From a virus (taxonomy: Duplodnaviria > Caudoviricetes): DNA of 64,000 nucleotides. The notes under the pieces are model-generated. The model did not search any database. It was given only the letters and a program-made list of their open reading frames with translations, and was not told the DNA's origin. Shown piece by piece: positions 1 through 9,959 of this stretch. Each line of letters begins with the position of its first letter. The first letter of the stretch is position 1. The stretch lies in the IMG/VR virus record IMGVR_UViG_2522572155_000001, positions 64,001-128,000 of that record. The stretch is one strand, 5' to 3'. A program made the translations under genes and the position numbers.

Positions 1-1330
1 GGAAGCCCTGGTAGGTACGGAGAATCTGGTTCAGGAACTCAGCCTGAAGCGCGGAGGATGCATACGGCTGGGAATTGGATCCAGCGGAGAGCAGTGACGG
101 GTTGACGCCGAAAATCTGCATGAGGCGACGCTCGACGCGATCGAAGTCGTCACCAAGGCGAGGCATCTGCTCACGCCCGAAGACGTTCTCCATCTCGATG
201 CCGACGTGGTGAACGAGGAGACGGAAGTCCGAGGTAAGAGCGATGTCCAGGTCGTCGCGGAATGCATCTAGCTCTTCCGGGCCAGGGATGTACGGCGGGT
301 AACCGTCACCCAGGTCCACGATGCCGAGCTTCGCAAGGATGAGCGGGGAGTACAGACGCTCCGCGATGGCGTCCTGTGACGCTAGGAGCTTCTCCTCGTG
401 GATGAGTGTCCGTAGGCCGCGCAGGAGGATCGGCGTGCCGTGGTCGTCCCACGGTGAGGTCTTGTTGGCTACCTGCTTGAGGAGGACATCCGAGATGGGG
501 ATGTGGTCGCCGCGCTTCAGGTAGGGGATCAACTCGGGGAAGTTGAGTTCTAGCTGGCGATACTCCTTCGGCGGGGTCTTGGACTGAGCGAGCTTCTTGA
601 GATAGTCCGGCGGTACGATCTTCAGTGATCGTGTACCGAGCAGCGGAAAGTTCTCGATCACCACGTCTTCCGGGTTGATGAGTTCTTCGCGCTCGAAGAT
701 GCCAAGGTTCTCATCGAACGAGGCCATGGGGAACGCCTCGCCTACGGTCCAGTACTCACGACCGAGGTTGACGAAGAAGTTTTGGTACTCAAGCTGGTCA
801 AGAAATAGCTCGGAGTACCAGTCGGCTAGCTGTTGGTCCTTGCAGTACATCTCCATGCCCACGAGTGGGAAGCGGGTGAAGATGTCGATGAGGATGGGTA
901 CGAGGTGGTGCGTCGCGTAGTAGAGACGGAGCCACTTGTGGAGCTTGTGCCGGTGAGACTCGTCAGCGGTGTTCCACGGCAGCCCCGTTACGTCCCAGTA
1001 CTCGATCGGGTCATAGAAGCGAGGAATGGCGGCGAACACGTCGTTGCCGCCGCTGCTGAAGCTCGATGTACGCTGGACGGAAGAGGCACGGCGTTGCGCC
1101 CGCATCGCTCGCATGAGGCGCGTGTTCTGCTCGATCGCCTCTACGCTGTTGGCACCGCCTGCGAGCCCGGACATGATCGTCCGCTCAAGGTCACCGGGCG
1201 ATTGAGCCATCCGGTGCATGTCGTGAGCGGCGAGTCGGGCTCGCGCGGTGTTCTGAGGGAGAGCAACCCCTCGCTTCTGGAGATTGGCTAGCTCTGCGTC
1301 AAGCTGCCTCGTGTCAACTCGCTTCTGCAT
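1..1330 (-). CDS. Portal protein (3' end runs off the window)
   Basis: Absent from the ORF track because there is no stop in the window. Manual translation from ATG at 1330 is open to base 1: MQKRVDTRQLDAEL...RLYYATHHLVPILIDIFTRFPLVG...GEAFP...GTPILLRGLRTLIHEEKLLASQDAIAERLYSPLILAKLG. Resembles portals of large actinobacterial myoviruses; downstream of the terminase. Confidence 0.8.
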   Translation of the reverse strand, partial: MQKRVDTRQLDAELANLQKRGVALPQNTARARLAAHDMHRMAQSPGDLERTIMSGLAGGANSVEAIEQNTRLMRAMRAQRRASSVQRTSSFSSGGNDVFAAIPRFYDPIEYWDVTGLPWNTADESHRHKLHKWLRLYYATHHLVPILIDIFTRFPLVGMEMYCKDQQLADWYSELFLDQLEYQNFFVNLGREYWTVGEAFPMASFDENLGIFEREELINPEDVVIENFPLLGTRSLKIVPPDYLKKLAQSKTPPKEYRQLELNFPELIPYLKRGDHIPISDVLLKQVANKTSPWDDHGTPILLRGLRTLIHEEKLLASQDAIAERLYSPLILAKLGIVDLGDGYPPYIPGPEELDAFRDDLDIALTSDFRLLVHHVGIEMENVFGREQMPRLGDDFDRVERRLMQIFGVNPSLLSAGSNSQPYASSALQAEFLNQILRTYQGF

Positions 1331-1380
1331 ACTCAACTCTACGTACTCGTCCGTTCACCGCGAGAATCGCGGCGGCAGGG

Positions 1381-2097
1381 TTACGCCTGCTCGAACTCGC
1401 TGATCGCGCCGAGTGCCTGAGCGGTGGTGAGGAACCCGGAGGTGACCGGGTTAGCTTGGCCTGTGTCCGGGAAGGTGTCGGTGTGGATGACCGGCTGGGT
1501 GTCTACCTTGCCGATGTCCGTGTTGTGGTCGAGGAGTTCCCCGTACTCACGAGCATCGTTCGCGTAGTCGGCCGTGTCCTTCACGTCCTGCCGCTCGGAC
1601 TTGAAGGCGCCGCCGTCCACGTTGATCTCCGGCAGATTGCCGTCTCCGGTGAGTGCGTTTGGCTTCCACTTGGTCTTGTCCATTGACGGACCGGATACTT
1701 CACCCTTGCCGCCGAGGTTGTCCTCGGCGGTGCGGACCGAGGACTCGACCTCGCCCTTGCCTACGGCAGACACGTCGTCAGAGAGTGCGCCCTCGCCGTT
1801 GTCGTCGCAGGAGCACATCTTCTTCGGGCCAACCTTCCAGCAGCGGCAGTCGTCGCAGAAGGCACCGCCAGCGATGCGAGCAACGAACGCCGTCACGAGC
1901 GCTGCGTCACCCTCGGCAAGGTCGCTCATGGCGCCCTTAGTGAGGGCTACACGAGCCTCGAACTCGTCCATGGTGGACGCCTGGCGAAGGAACCCCTCGA
2001 ACTGCTCGGAGGCGCGGAGATTGAAGAGCACGGACGCGTTGCGAGCGGCCGTGCGCTCCTCGTGCTGCTGTGCTGCGTCGTAGGAGAAGAGATCCAT
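1381..2097 (-). CDS. Hypothetical head-associated protein (CxxC...CxC, acidic C-terminus)
   Basis: 238-aa ORF, tightly packed upstream of the portal. Confidence 0.6.
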   Translation of the reverse strand: MDLFSYDAAQQHEERTAARNASVLFNLRASEQFEGFLRQASTMDEFEARVALTKGAMSDLAEGDAALVTAFVARIAGGAFCDDCRCWKVGPKKMCSCDDNGEGALSDDVSAVGKGEVESSVRTAEDNLGGKGEVSGPSMDKTKWKPNALTGDGNLPEINVDGGAFKSERQDVKDTADYANDAREYGELLDHNTDIGKVDTQPVIHTDTFPDTGQANPVTSGFLTTAQALGAISEFEQA

Positions 2098-2107
2098 TGG
2101 TTCAGCC

Positions 2108-3280
2108 TCAGGAGAAGAGGATGTCGTCGGGGAGAGCCGCGTAGCGGTCTTCCTTTGCCGACGCTTCCTTGTGGGTGGTCTGCTTGCGGTTGGCTAGCTC
2201 CGAGCGGCGCGTCTCCTCGACGCTCGTGAGGAAGCGCTGCGTGATCTCCTGGGCGCGCTCGGGAGCGATCCCGGCCACCTTGGAGCGGATGTGCGCGAGC
2301 GCCACGGCGCGAGTGGAGCCCATGTCGGCAACGGTGCCGTCCGAGAGGCTCGCGACCAGGGTGTGGGGCTCCTCGGTCAGCACCTTGTCGAAGTCGGTGC
2401 CCTCTGCCTCCGCGATCATCTCGTTGACCGTGTTGTCGAGCCAGGACGCCTCGCCGCCGCCTAGGGACTCGCCTACCGGGCCAGCGGTGTACTCCAGCGG
2501 CTTGTAGGCGTACGCCTGAGCCTCCTGAGCCTCGATCGCGTCGAGCGCCTGGCGCAGGGTCCCGCGCTCGGCGTCGGCAGCCACGACGATGCCGTCAAGC
2601 GTCTGCGCATCCTCGTGGGACGCGGTGCGCTGAGCGGCGATGGCATCGGAGCGCATGCCTTCAAGCGCCTTCAGGCGCGCTGTGATCGACGCGCGATCGG
2701 AGCCGAAGGGAGCCTCTAGACGTGAGGTAAGCTCGACGGCTGCCGAGCGGGTAGAGGCAGTCTTCTCGGTAGAGAAGCGAGTGTCCTCCGTCACGCGGAG
2801 ATGAGCGATGCGACCGTTCTCTAGGCGAACGGCGACCTCCTCACCCCATACATCGTTGACGCGGCTGAGGATCTTGCCCTTCAGCCCGCCTGGGGTGACG
2901 ATGTGTGTAGCCCTCGTGGAAGCGGTTGTGTCCCACGGGCTGTTACCGCCCATGTCGGGGTAGTCGTCACCGGGGTCGCCGTAGGGGGCAGCATTGCCGT
3001 CCGGGTCGAACTCGGGGAACTGCTGCCCTCCAGCCGGGTGACCGCAGTATTCACACTTCTGATCGCCGGGCGCAAGCGGAGTACCGCAGCCAGCGCAGGG
3101 TCCGTCGTGGTAGTTGTTGGGGTCCTCGTGTTCACCGAAGCCGCCGGAGTAGCCGGTGTCAGCGCCGTCCCACGCTAGCTTGGTTTCTAGGGTGGCAAGG
3201 TTTTCCGCAGAGGCCACTACCTTGCCCTCACGGATGGCGTACACCTTGTCGTTCTCGTAAATGAAGTGTAGATCGCTCAT
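2108..3280 (-). CDS. Hypothetical head-associated protein with zinc ribbon
   Basis: 390 aa; CAGC...CEYC ribbon; operon packing. Confidence 0.65.
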   Translation of the reverse strand: MSDLHFIYENDKVYAIREGKVVASAENLATLETKLAWDGADTGYSGGFGEHEDPNNYHDGPCAGCGTPLAPGDQKCEYCGHPAGGQQFPEFDPDGNAAPYGDPGDDYPDMGGNSPWDTTASTRATHIVTPGGLKGKILSRVNDVWGEEVAVRLENGRIAHLRVTEDTRFSTEKTASTRSAAVELTSRLEAPFGSDRASITARLKALEGMRSDAIAAQRTASHEDAQTLDGIVVAADAERGTLRQALDAIEAQEAQAYAYKPLEYTAGPVGESLGGGEASWLDNTVNEMIAEAEGTDFDKVLTEEPHTLVASLSDGTVADMGSTRAVALAHIRSKVAGIAPERAQEITQRFLTSVEETRRSELANRKQTTHKEASAKEDRYAALPDDILFS

Positions 3281-3319
3281 CTCTACTGCTTAGTCGTAGC
3301 CCCCGTAACCTTTCTAGGG

Positions 3320-4687
3320 TTAGTTGACCGATGGGACACGAAGGACAATGCCGCCAGCATCGTCCACGGCGAGGTCGATTACGTATGGGATAGTGCGCGC
3401 CGCCACCTTGCCGTCAACGGTTCGGAGGACGACGGATGTCGGCGTTTCGATCTCTCTAGCGCCAAGAGCGGTGAGGCGCGCGATGCTGTGGCCCTCCTTG
3501 ATCCAGGTCAGGAAGTGAGTGCTGTTGGCCCCAGCGCCAAGATACGCGATCGCTGCGGATCCCGATCGGATAATGAAGTTCGGAAGTAGCTGGTTACCCG
3601 ATGCGCTCAGCCCTAGCGCGCCCGAGCCTGTCTTGAGGTAGTTGCTTGTGACGACACCAACGGACTTGAAGCCTGAAACAACCACGCGAGTGACGCCCGC
3701 TCCGGCCCGAGCAATCTCCGTGTACGGCAAGAAGGTGTCCGCACCAGACGCGACGAACCTCTCCACTGCCCCGCCAGACTTCACGTGGGTCTGCGACGGT
3801 AGGAACTGCTTGCTACCGGAGGCAACCGTCCGGAGCGCTCCTGTGCCTGTCACAGGGTTGATGGCGGGCCGGATCCGTATCGAGAGCCCGGACCCGCCGA
3901 GGGCCGTGATCGCGGTACCCGTCTTGGAGATGACCGTGAAGGGGATGAAGAGCTTGGCGCCGGACGCAGTGCGCACCGTGATCGCTGCGCCGGTACGCGT
4001 CACGTGATGTTCCATCGCGCCACGTGCCTGCCAGCCGATCGGAGCCGCCAGGGACAGCATTCCGTAGCGCGGGGTCCCTGTGCCTCCGGCCCCACCGCCG
4101 GACGTCGACTTGACGAGAGAACGGGGACCCGAAGCTCCTAGCGCCGTGATGCCCGAGCCAGTCTTGATGATGCTGTTGAGCTTCCTCGTGCCGGTCGCGC
4201 TCCATCCGGGCGCACGAGAGAGGGTGAGCAGGCCGAATGACGGCGTGCCGCTGCCGCCTGCGCCGCCGCCTCGCTTGACGAGACGTAGGACGGCGACGGA
4301 CGCACCCGAGCCACTCCATGCAGTCGTAGCGGAGCCGGTTCGCTGCTTCGGGATAGCGCCGATCGCAGCGACGCCGGTCTTAGGAATGATATTGGCGACG
4401 ACGTTCGTCTTGCCGCCCGAAGCGGCCCAGGCAGATACTCCGGCGCCCGTCTTGGTCTTGTCGCTGTTATGTACCTCGGTGCCGGACCCTACCCAGATGG
4501 AGACGCCCGAGCCGGACTTGATGAATGGGATGGCTCCGAGGACGCCGATGCCGGACTTGGCCGTTTCGGCACCGACCGCACCGTGAAAGCTAGACCCAGA
4601 GGCAGTGAGGGTAGTCTTCGCTCCCCCGATGTTGAGTAGGGGTAGCTTGCCTAGCCCAGCAGAGCCCGTCTTGCTGTACGTAGGCAT
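3320..4687 (-). CDS. Gly/Ser/Thr-rich repetitive virion (fibre-like) protein
   Basis: 455 aa; recurring (K/R)TG(S/A)G...ASG units and an internal duplication. Confidence 0.6.
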   Translation of the reverse strand: MPTYSKTGSAGLGKLPLLNIGGAKTTLTASGSSFHGAVGAETAKSGIGVLGAIPFIKSGSGVSIWVGSGTEVHNSDKTKTGAGVSAWAASGGKTNVVANIIPKTGVAAIGAIPKQRTGSATTAWSGSGASVAVLRLVKRGGGAGGSGTPSFGLLTLSRAPGWSATGTRKLNSIIKTGSGITALGASGPRSLVKSTSGGGAGGTGTPRYGMLSLAAPIGWQARGAMEHHVTRTGAAITVRTASGAKLFIPFTVISKTGTAITALGGSGLSIRIRPAINPVTGTGALRTVASGSKQFLPSQTHVKSGGAVERFVASGADTFLPYTEIARAGAGVTRVVVSGFKSVGVVTSNYLKTGSGALGLSASGNQLLPNFIIRSGSAAIAYLGAGANSTHFLTWIKEGHSIARLTALGAREIETPTSVVLRTVDGKVAARTIPYVIDLAVDDAGGIVLRVPSVN

Positions 4688-4691
4688 GGGC

Positions 4692-5354
4692 TCACGGTCC
4701 GACTAGCGCGATACCGGTCTTGGTGTACGTGACTCCCGATGAGGAAGCCTTGAAGGTCGCAACGAGGCCGCCTACGGCGCTGCCCTCGGATGGCGTTGCC
4801 GTCGAGGTAACAGTGCCGGTGCTCGTGAGCGAACGAAGCGCCACGTGAATTCCGGTTCCATTCGTTCCCACTGCGGCTACGGTGGTCGCCGGATTCGCGG
4901 TAAAGCCATTAGTCCAAGTAGCGCTAATCGTGCCGCCGACCGCCGTCATGCCTACAGCGGCAACCGCAAGTTCATCATTCTGCGCGGTCGCTGCTGTTGT
5001 GCCGGTGGTGGCGCCTCCGCTTGCGTGTGCGGTCTGGTCCAGGACGCCGGAGGTGGCATTCCCGGTGAACTGCATCACTACCAACTCTGCCGATGCTGCC
5101 ACACTCGGAGCGATCGTCACCGTGGATGACTCCGACGAACCGGCGATCTTGTACCACAGGTAGAGGCCGGTGCCTCCGATGGAGGAATCCGCGAGCGACC
5201 ATCCAGTGCTGCTCATTGTGAGCGTTGCGTCGGAGTTGGCGGCACATAGGAGCAGCCGTCCCGACGCGGGCGCGGTTGTGAATGTCGCGGAGAGCGTAGT
5301 TACGTTCGCAGCGGAAGAAACGGCGACAGCAGGTTCAAATAGTGTCAGTGGCAT
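4692..5354 (-). CDS. Putative virion/fibre beta-rich protein
   Basis: 220 aa, Ala/Thr/Ser-rich; operon packing. Confidence 0.55.
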   Translation of the reverse strand: MPLTLFEPAVAVSSAANVTTLSATFTTAPASGRLLLCAANSDATLTMSSTGWSLADSSIGGTGLYLWYKIAGSSESSTVTIAPSVAASAELVVMQFTGNATSGVLDQTAHASGGATTGTTAATAQNDELAVAAVGMTAVGGTISATWTNGFTANPATTVAAVGTNGTGIHVALRSLTSTGTVTSTATPSEGSAVGGLVATFKASSSGVTYTKTGIALVGP

Positions 5355-5363
5355 GATCTATGC

Positions 5364-6404
5364 TTAGCCGCACCGAGTGTTTGAACTAGTGCTGGTGTCG
5401 TCCCACACGTTGCCGGATACGACCGTGCCTGCGGGAAGAGCGAGGCACATTCCGTACGCGCCACCGCGAGGGAAGTAGCCATTGACATCGGCGCCAGCGG
5501 AACAGACCCATGAACCGCCCCCGCTCGCGACTTCAACGCCTCCACCACAGCGTGCGACGCGATTGTTGGTGATCGAGACGGTGCCCGTGCCATCGCTTGA
5601 AGAGTTGGCGCATCCGTAGATCGAGTAACCACCACCGGCAAGCAGGTTGTTGTTGATGGTGAGGTGGTTCGTGCAGGGGCCGCCGGAACCATTTCCGGTG
5701 TTCGCGAAGATATTGGCGGTCTGATCCTGCTTGTTGATGAACGTGTTATGGTCGGCTAGGAGGGTGTGACCGTCGCTGTAGGTGTTCTCTAGATGGTCGC
5801 CCACGATGGCAAGATCGATGACCGAGTAGGTGTCACGGATCTCAGCGTTGCCGCACCAGCACAGTGAATCGATCGTGCCGTGCTGGTACGCATTGTTGAT
5901 GTGTAGCTGACCACCCGCCGGGTTGCGAATCGCATGCTCGACAGTTGTGCCCGCTGAAGTCAACTCCACGTGCGACACCGTGACGCTGTATGGCCCGGTG
6001 AGCGTGATGATAGAGTTACCACACGTGGAGGTCGTTCCGCATCCTGCGCCGCTAGCGGTGATGCGAGTGTTCTGGATCGTCACGTTGTCGGCGCTCACCG
6101 TAATGCCGCCGGTGACATCCTTGCCATCGATCACCTGCCCCGGCGTCGACGCCGTGATGCTTCCGGAGGCGGTTAGGGTTGTGCCAGACGGTACGCCTAC
6201 GGTTCCGAAGGCGGGATCAGGGAACCCGCACGCTCCAGGCGAAGAGAAACAATGGTCGGTACGCGCGGTAGCCGTTGCTGTGGCCGTAGGAGTAGGCGTT
6301 GGAATTCCGCCGCCTCCACCGGTTGAACTCGCCACGACGCCGCCAGCGACGGCACCACTGACGAGAATCGTCGTGATGACTCGCCGCCAGGTGCTTCCTA
6401 CCAT
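5364..6404 (-). CDS. Right-handed beta-helix (pectate lyase-like) protein with N-terminal hydrophobic segment
   Basis: 346 aa; IDGKDVTGGITVSADNVTIQNTRI, NNLLAGGGYSIY and VSGNVW beta-helix repeats; Pro/Thr linker. Confidence 0.65.
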   Translation of the reverse strand: MVGSTWRRVITTILVSGAVAGGVVASSTGGGGGIPTPTPTATATATARTDHCFSSPGACGFPDPAFGTVGVPSGTTLTASGSITASTPGQVIDGKDVTGGITVSADNVTIQNTRITASGAGCGTTSTCGNSIITLTGPYSVTVSHVELTSAGTTVEHAIRNPAGGQLHINNAYQHGTIDSLCWCGNAEIRDTYSVIDLAIVGDHLENTYSDGHTLLADHNTFINKQDQTANIFANTGNGSGGPCTNHLTINNNLLAGGGYSIYGCANSSSDGTGTVSITNNRVARCGGGVEVASGGGSWVCSAGADVNGYFPRGGAYGMCLALPAGTVVSGNVWDDTSTSSNTRCG

Positions 6405-6820
6405 TCGGTGTACCCCACCGGACCCGCTGTGCCGCTGGCCTCTAGAATCATGGAGACTGTGGCCGTCGTGGGCCAGTAACCGGTCGCCTTTGCGGGAAGA
6501 TAGGTTCCCTGCCCGGCGACGGCGGTAGAGCCGAACGCGAGCCAGACGCCGCTGGCGCCGCCGTTGCTGATCTCGACCATTGTGCGACCAGTATTCGCCG
6601 CGACAAGAGTGCCCGCCGCCAGCGCTGAGTTTGCACCGCCCTTGCTCAGAGCATTACCCTTGACAGGGTCACGCACGGGGAGCGGGTTCAGCAGCGAGAC
6701 ATCCGTGGCCGCACCATCTGTGCCGAAGTTCGGCTTGATGCGCTGGTACAGGACACCTGCGACATCGTCGGCAGCGACAACCGCACCGCCGCCGGGGGTA
6801 ACGTTGAGGTTGTCAGCCAT
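6398..6820 (-). CDS. Putative virion structural protein
   Basis: 140 aa; overlaps next gene. Confidence 0.55.
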   Translation of the reverse strand: MADNLNVTPGGGAVVAADDVAGVLYQRIKPNFGTDGAATDVSLLNPLPVRDPVKGNALSKGGANSALAAGTLVAANTGRTMVEISNGGASGVWLAFGSTAVAGQGTYLPAKATGYWPTTATVSMILEASGTAGPVGYTEW

Positions 6821-6825
6821 TGGAC

Positions 6826-7260
6826 TTAGTTGTTGGCCTGGATAGTCGGCGTGACCTTGATGACATCGTTCGTGGCGATCGATACCGCCGTGGTGTCATC
6901 GAAGTTCGCCGCGAAGATGCACTTGTCACCCGCGTTGGACGACTGATTTGCGAGCCAGAACCCGTTGATGGGCGCAGACCCGGGAGTTGTAGCAGTCGGG
7001 AACGTCTTCTGAGCGGCAGTCGTCTTACGACCACCGGTTCCGGCACCGAGTGCGCCCCAATCGGCTGCGAGAACCGCTACGCGCGCATAAGCGCCGAAGT
7101 CGGACTCGGTGTAGTTGTCGGCTACCGACGTTGATGCGCCGACCGTCGCGGCAGTGAACGACGTGAAGAGCGCGAGAAACGTCGTCGTGAGGTTGGCTCC
7201 TCCCTTAGGGAAGATGTTGAGAATGATGTCGAGCCCCTCGTCGGGGAAGATTTCGGCCAT
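6826..7260 (-). CDS. Small tail-fibre-associated structural protein
   Basis: 144 aa; LALFT...YARVAV...TFPTAT pattern common in phage fibre-associated proteins; SD GGAGG upstream. Confidence 0.65.
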   Translation of the reverse strand: MAEIFPDEGLDIILNIFPKGGANLTTTFLALFTSFTAATVGASTSVADNYTESDFGAYARVAVLAADWGALGAGTGGRKTTAAQKTFPTATTPGSAPINGFWLANQSSNAGDKCIFAANFDDTTAVSIATNDVIKVTPTIQANN

Positions 7261-7266
7261 TGGGGA

Positions 7267-7479
7267 TTACCTCCTCCGGGAGGGATTCGTGATGGGAATT
7301 TGGGTGGGGCGAGCGTCACCGTTTGAGCGGCAATGCGTGCAGAACCATCGGTCGCGCGATAGGAAGAGAATCGAGCTAACCCGCTCGCACTCCGCGCACA
7401 CGGTTAGCTGTAGGGAAGGACGGCCGCCGCGATGTGCCTCGACCGCCGGATGCCCTGAGATTTCACGGGTAAGTGCCAT
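7267..7479 (-). CDS. Small zinc-finger protein
   Basis: 70 aa; CAEC...CTHC. Confidence 0.55.
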   Translation of the reverse strand: MALTREISGHPAVEAHRGGRPSLQLTVCAECERVSSILFLSRDRWFCTHCRSNGDARPTQIPITNPSRRR

Positions 7480-7508
7480 CGATGCTTATGGGGATGGCCG
7501 CTGTAGCT

Positions 7509-7856
7509 TTAGAGGTCACGGACTCGAAAGAGACCGTGCAGCAGGGCGTCGGTCCTTCCGGCTGGCGAAGTAACCGTCAGCGAGTAGGCGGCAGCGTTGA
7601 ACGTCCACGAGGCGGTGACCTCTGGAGTGGCCTGGAGGAAGATGATGCCCCCGGCGCGCAACTCGATCATCGCATTCTCGGTGGTCATCGCGGCGAGTGT
7701 TACGCCGCCGATCTTGTCGCGCAGTATGAGTTCGGCAGTGAACCCGGTGAGATCGTGCGGGCTCGCCTCATCGCGATCCTCGTAGTACGTGATCGCCTTC
7801 TCAAAGGTGGTACCCCTCCACACGGTGAAGGACAGTCTTGCTGGATCAACGCTCAT
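7509..7856 (-). CDS. Virion structural protein (BppU N-terminal-like beta fold)
   Basis: Start reassigned to ATG 7856 (GAGGGAG upstream); RGTTF...DLTGFTA...YSL...LLHGLFRV pattern. Confidence 0.6.
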   Translation of the reverse strand: MSVDPARLSFTVWRGTTFEKAITYYEDRDEASPHDLTGFTAELILRDKIGGVTLAAMTTENAMIELRAGGIIFLQATPEVTASWTFNAAAYSLTVTSPAGRTDALLHGLFRVRDL

Positions 7857-7898
7857 CTCCCTCATTACGAGGCAGAAGGGCGCCAATGTCATGCCCAG

Positions 7899-9953
7899 TT
7901 AGAAGCCTCTACGCTTGCCTCGGGCACGGAAGCCCGAGCGCGCGGGATTGGTCCCGATCTGCCGGGCGCGACTGGCAGGCGAGCCGCCGGGTGACTGTTC
8001 GCCAGCGCGACCGCCTGAGAACTGCCCAAAGAGAGGATGCTTGCCGTTGCCCGGTCCGCCACCGGCCAGGGGGTACCCGCCGAGTGCGCCGAGTCCGAGC
8101 GGGGTGCTGCCGAGGGAGGCCATCATCTGATCGCGGAGTCGGTTGGAGAGGAAGGACTCCGTGACGGTCATCACGCAGTCGGCCATGTCCTTGGTCTGGA
8201 CGGGGCCGATCTCCTGCTTGTCTACACGCGGTGTGAGGCCGGTGCTGATCTGCTGGAGGTACTTCAACTCTAGAGCGCAGTAGCGATTATCCGGCGTGTC
8301 TGCCGGGCCGTGGACGAGGTCACGGTAGAGACACGTGCGGAAGATTTCGGACCGGTTCCAGTTGCTCTGCGAGGTTGCTGACTTCTTGAAGACCTTCACT
8401 CCTCCGACGTTGCGCATCCGTAGCTCCTTGTTGAGCCACTCGATCGGCGCGTCGGAGTTGAACTGGTCCATCGTGATCTCTGTGGGACGGAAGAGATCGA
8501 TGTATCCATAGACCTCCCGTAGGACGGTCTCCCACTCGATCACGCCGCTCTCGAAGTTCTGCGGCTGCCAGCGCTTGATGATGTCGAAGACGACGTGCTC
8601 CTCCGGCTCGCCGTCCGAGCCGGGAAATGCTTCGAGGTGTCCGAGCGCGAAACCAAAGCCCGCCGTGGTGGAGGACGGGTCGAGGTGCGCGCGGTACTCG
8701 TAGAGGAAGCCGTTAGGTGAGGTGTAGTTGGAGGCGACGGCAATGTGCGAGCCGTCCGGGGCGGGCACGCCCTCAAACATGCGGTCTACGGCCTTGGGGT
8801 CAAGGTACGCGTCGATGATCTCGCTGAACTGCCCACGACGCTCCACCTTGTACGTGTCGGGGTTCTGCTTCTCTTCGTCTCGTGCCAGCTTGATACCGAT
8901 GCGGTCGTCCTCGGAGAAGAAGTACGTGCCGTCTTCGTTCTTCTGCTCGTGATCCCAGTCAGGCGACTGCGTGATGCACTTGCGGGGTCCCTTGTACAGC
9001 GGCTCTTCCCACCAGCCCTCGAACAGTGCCCAGGAAGGGAACTGGAAGGACACCATGTAGGGGTTCAGCGGGATAGACGGGTGATCCTTCTCCACCGCCA
9101 TGCCAGCCTGGAAGCGCTCGAAGAATCGGCCGAGCTTCGTATAGGGCGACGAGTTGCAGAACATCATCGCCTCCTTGCCGAACTGCGCCAGCGACGGGAG
9201 GGCCGCGTCGTACACCTTCTCTGCGGACGCGTCGGTCTCCGCGCCTACCTCCATGAACGCCATCTCGTCAAAGGCAATCGCCATCGTTGTGGAACCGCGA
9301 ATCGTGGAGGCGTTGGCTGCGAGTGCGTTACCTCGGAGCTTCGAGATGTCGCGCCCGATCTTGTGTGACTTGCGGCGGTGAGCCGCCATCTTTCGGAGGT
9401 CCGCCTCCGTCGCGACGGAGAACTCCTTCTCGTACAGCTTCGTGAGGTTGTCCCCGAACGCGTGGCACTCCGAGACGGTGGTGGCGAGGTCGGAGTACTG
9501 GAACTTGCGGGCCTGGTCCAGGGACGCCGCCACGCAGGAGAAGTAGATCTGCTTCTCGGGGTCGATGCCGTATGCGGTGTTCGGATCCTCTAGCTGGAGG
9601 GTGTCGAACATCTTCTTGGCCATCGCGAGCCCCGTGACGAACCCCTTGGAGCAACGACGGCCACCGACTAGCACTACCTCGCGGAAGTGGGGGAACCCCT
9701 GGTCGCGGAGACTGTCGATCCGCTTGCGGATGTGCGGTGCGAGGACGATCTCGCCGCCACGCCCGCCCTGCATCCAGTAGTTGAGTGTGTCTTCCTCGCG
9801 ATTGGATAGCTCCTCTAGGAAGAACAGCTTGAGCAGGAGCTTCTGCCGTGGGTACAGCGACTTGCCGCAGAAGTCGCTCGACTCTGCGAACTCCTCGATG
9901 CTCACCTTCCTAGGAGCGAGCGAGGACTCCAGTTCCTTGAGGAAGTCCGCCAT
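7899..9953 (-). CDS. terL: Terminase large subunit
   Basis: 684 aa; LYPRQ adenine-binding motif, Walker A GGRRCSKG, Walker B IAFDE, nuclease HLDPS...DQFNS...KDMAD. Confidence 0.92.
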   Translation of the reverse strand: MADFLKELESSLAPRKVSIEEFAESSDFCGKSLYPRQKLLLKLFFLEELSNREEDTLNYWMQGGRGGEIVLAPHIRKRIDSLRDQGFPHFREVVLVGGRRCSKGFVTGLAMAKKMFDTLQLEDPNTAYGIDPEKQIYFSCVAASLDQARKFQYSDLATTVSECHAFGDNLTKLYEKEFSVATEADLRKMAAHRRKSHKIGRDISKLRGNALAANASTIRGSTTMAIAFDEMAFMEVGAETDASAEKVYDAALPSLAQFGKEAMMFCNSSPYTKLGRFFERFQAGMAVEKDHPSIPLNPYMVSFQFPSWALFEGWWEEPLYKGPRKCITQSPDWDHEQKNEDGTYFFSEDDRIGIKLARDEEKQNPDTYKVERRGQFSEIIDAYLDPKAVDRMFEGVPAPDGSHIAVASNYTSPNGFLYEYRAHLDPSSTTAGFGFALGHLEAFPGSDGEPEEHVVFDIIKRWQPQNFESGVIEWETVLREVYGYIDLFRPTEITMDQFNSDAPIEWLNKELRMRNVGGVKVFKKSATSQSNWNRSEIFRTCLYRDLVHGPADTPDNRYCALELKYLQQISTGLTPRVDKQEIGPVQTKDMADCVMTVTESFLSNRLRDQMMASLGSTPLGLGALGGYPLAGGGPGNGKHPLFGQFSGGRAGEQSPGGSPASRARQIGTNPARSGFRARGKRRGF

Positions 9954-9959
9954 GCAGGA

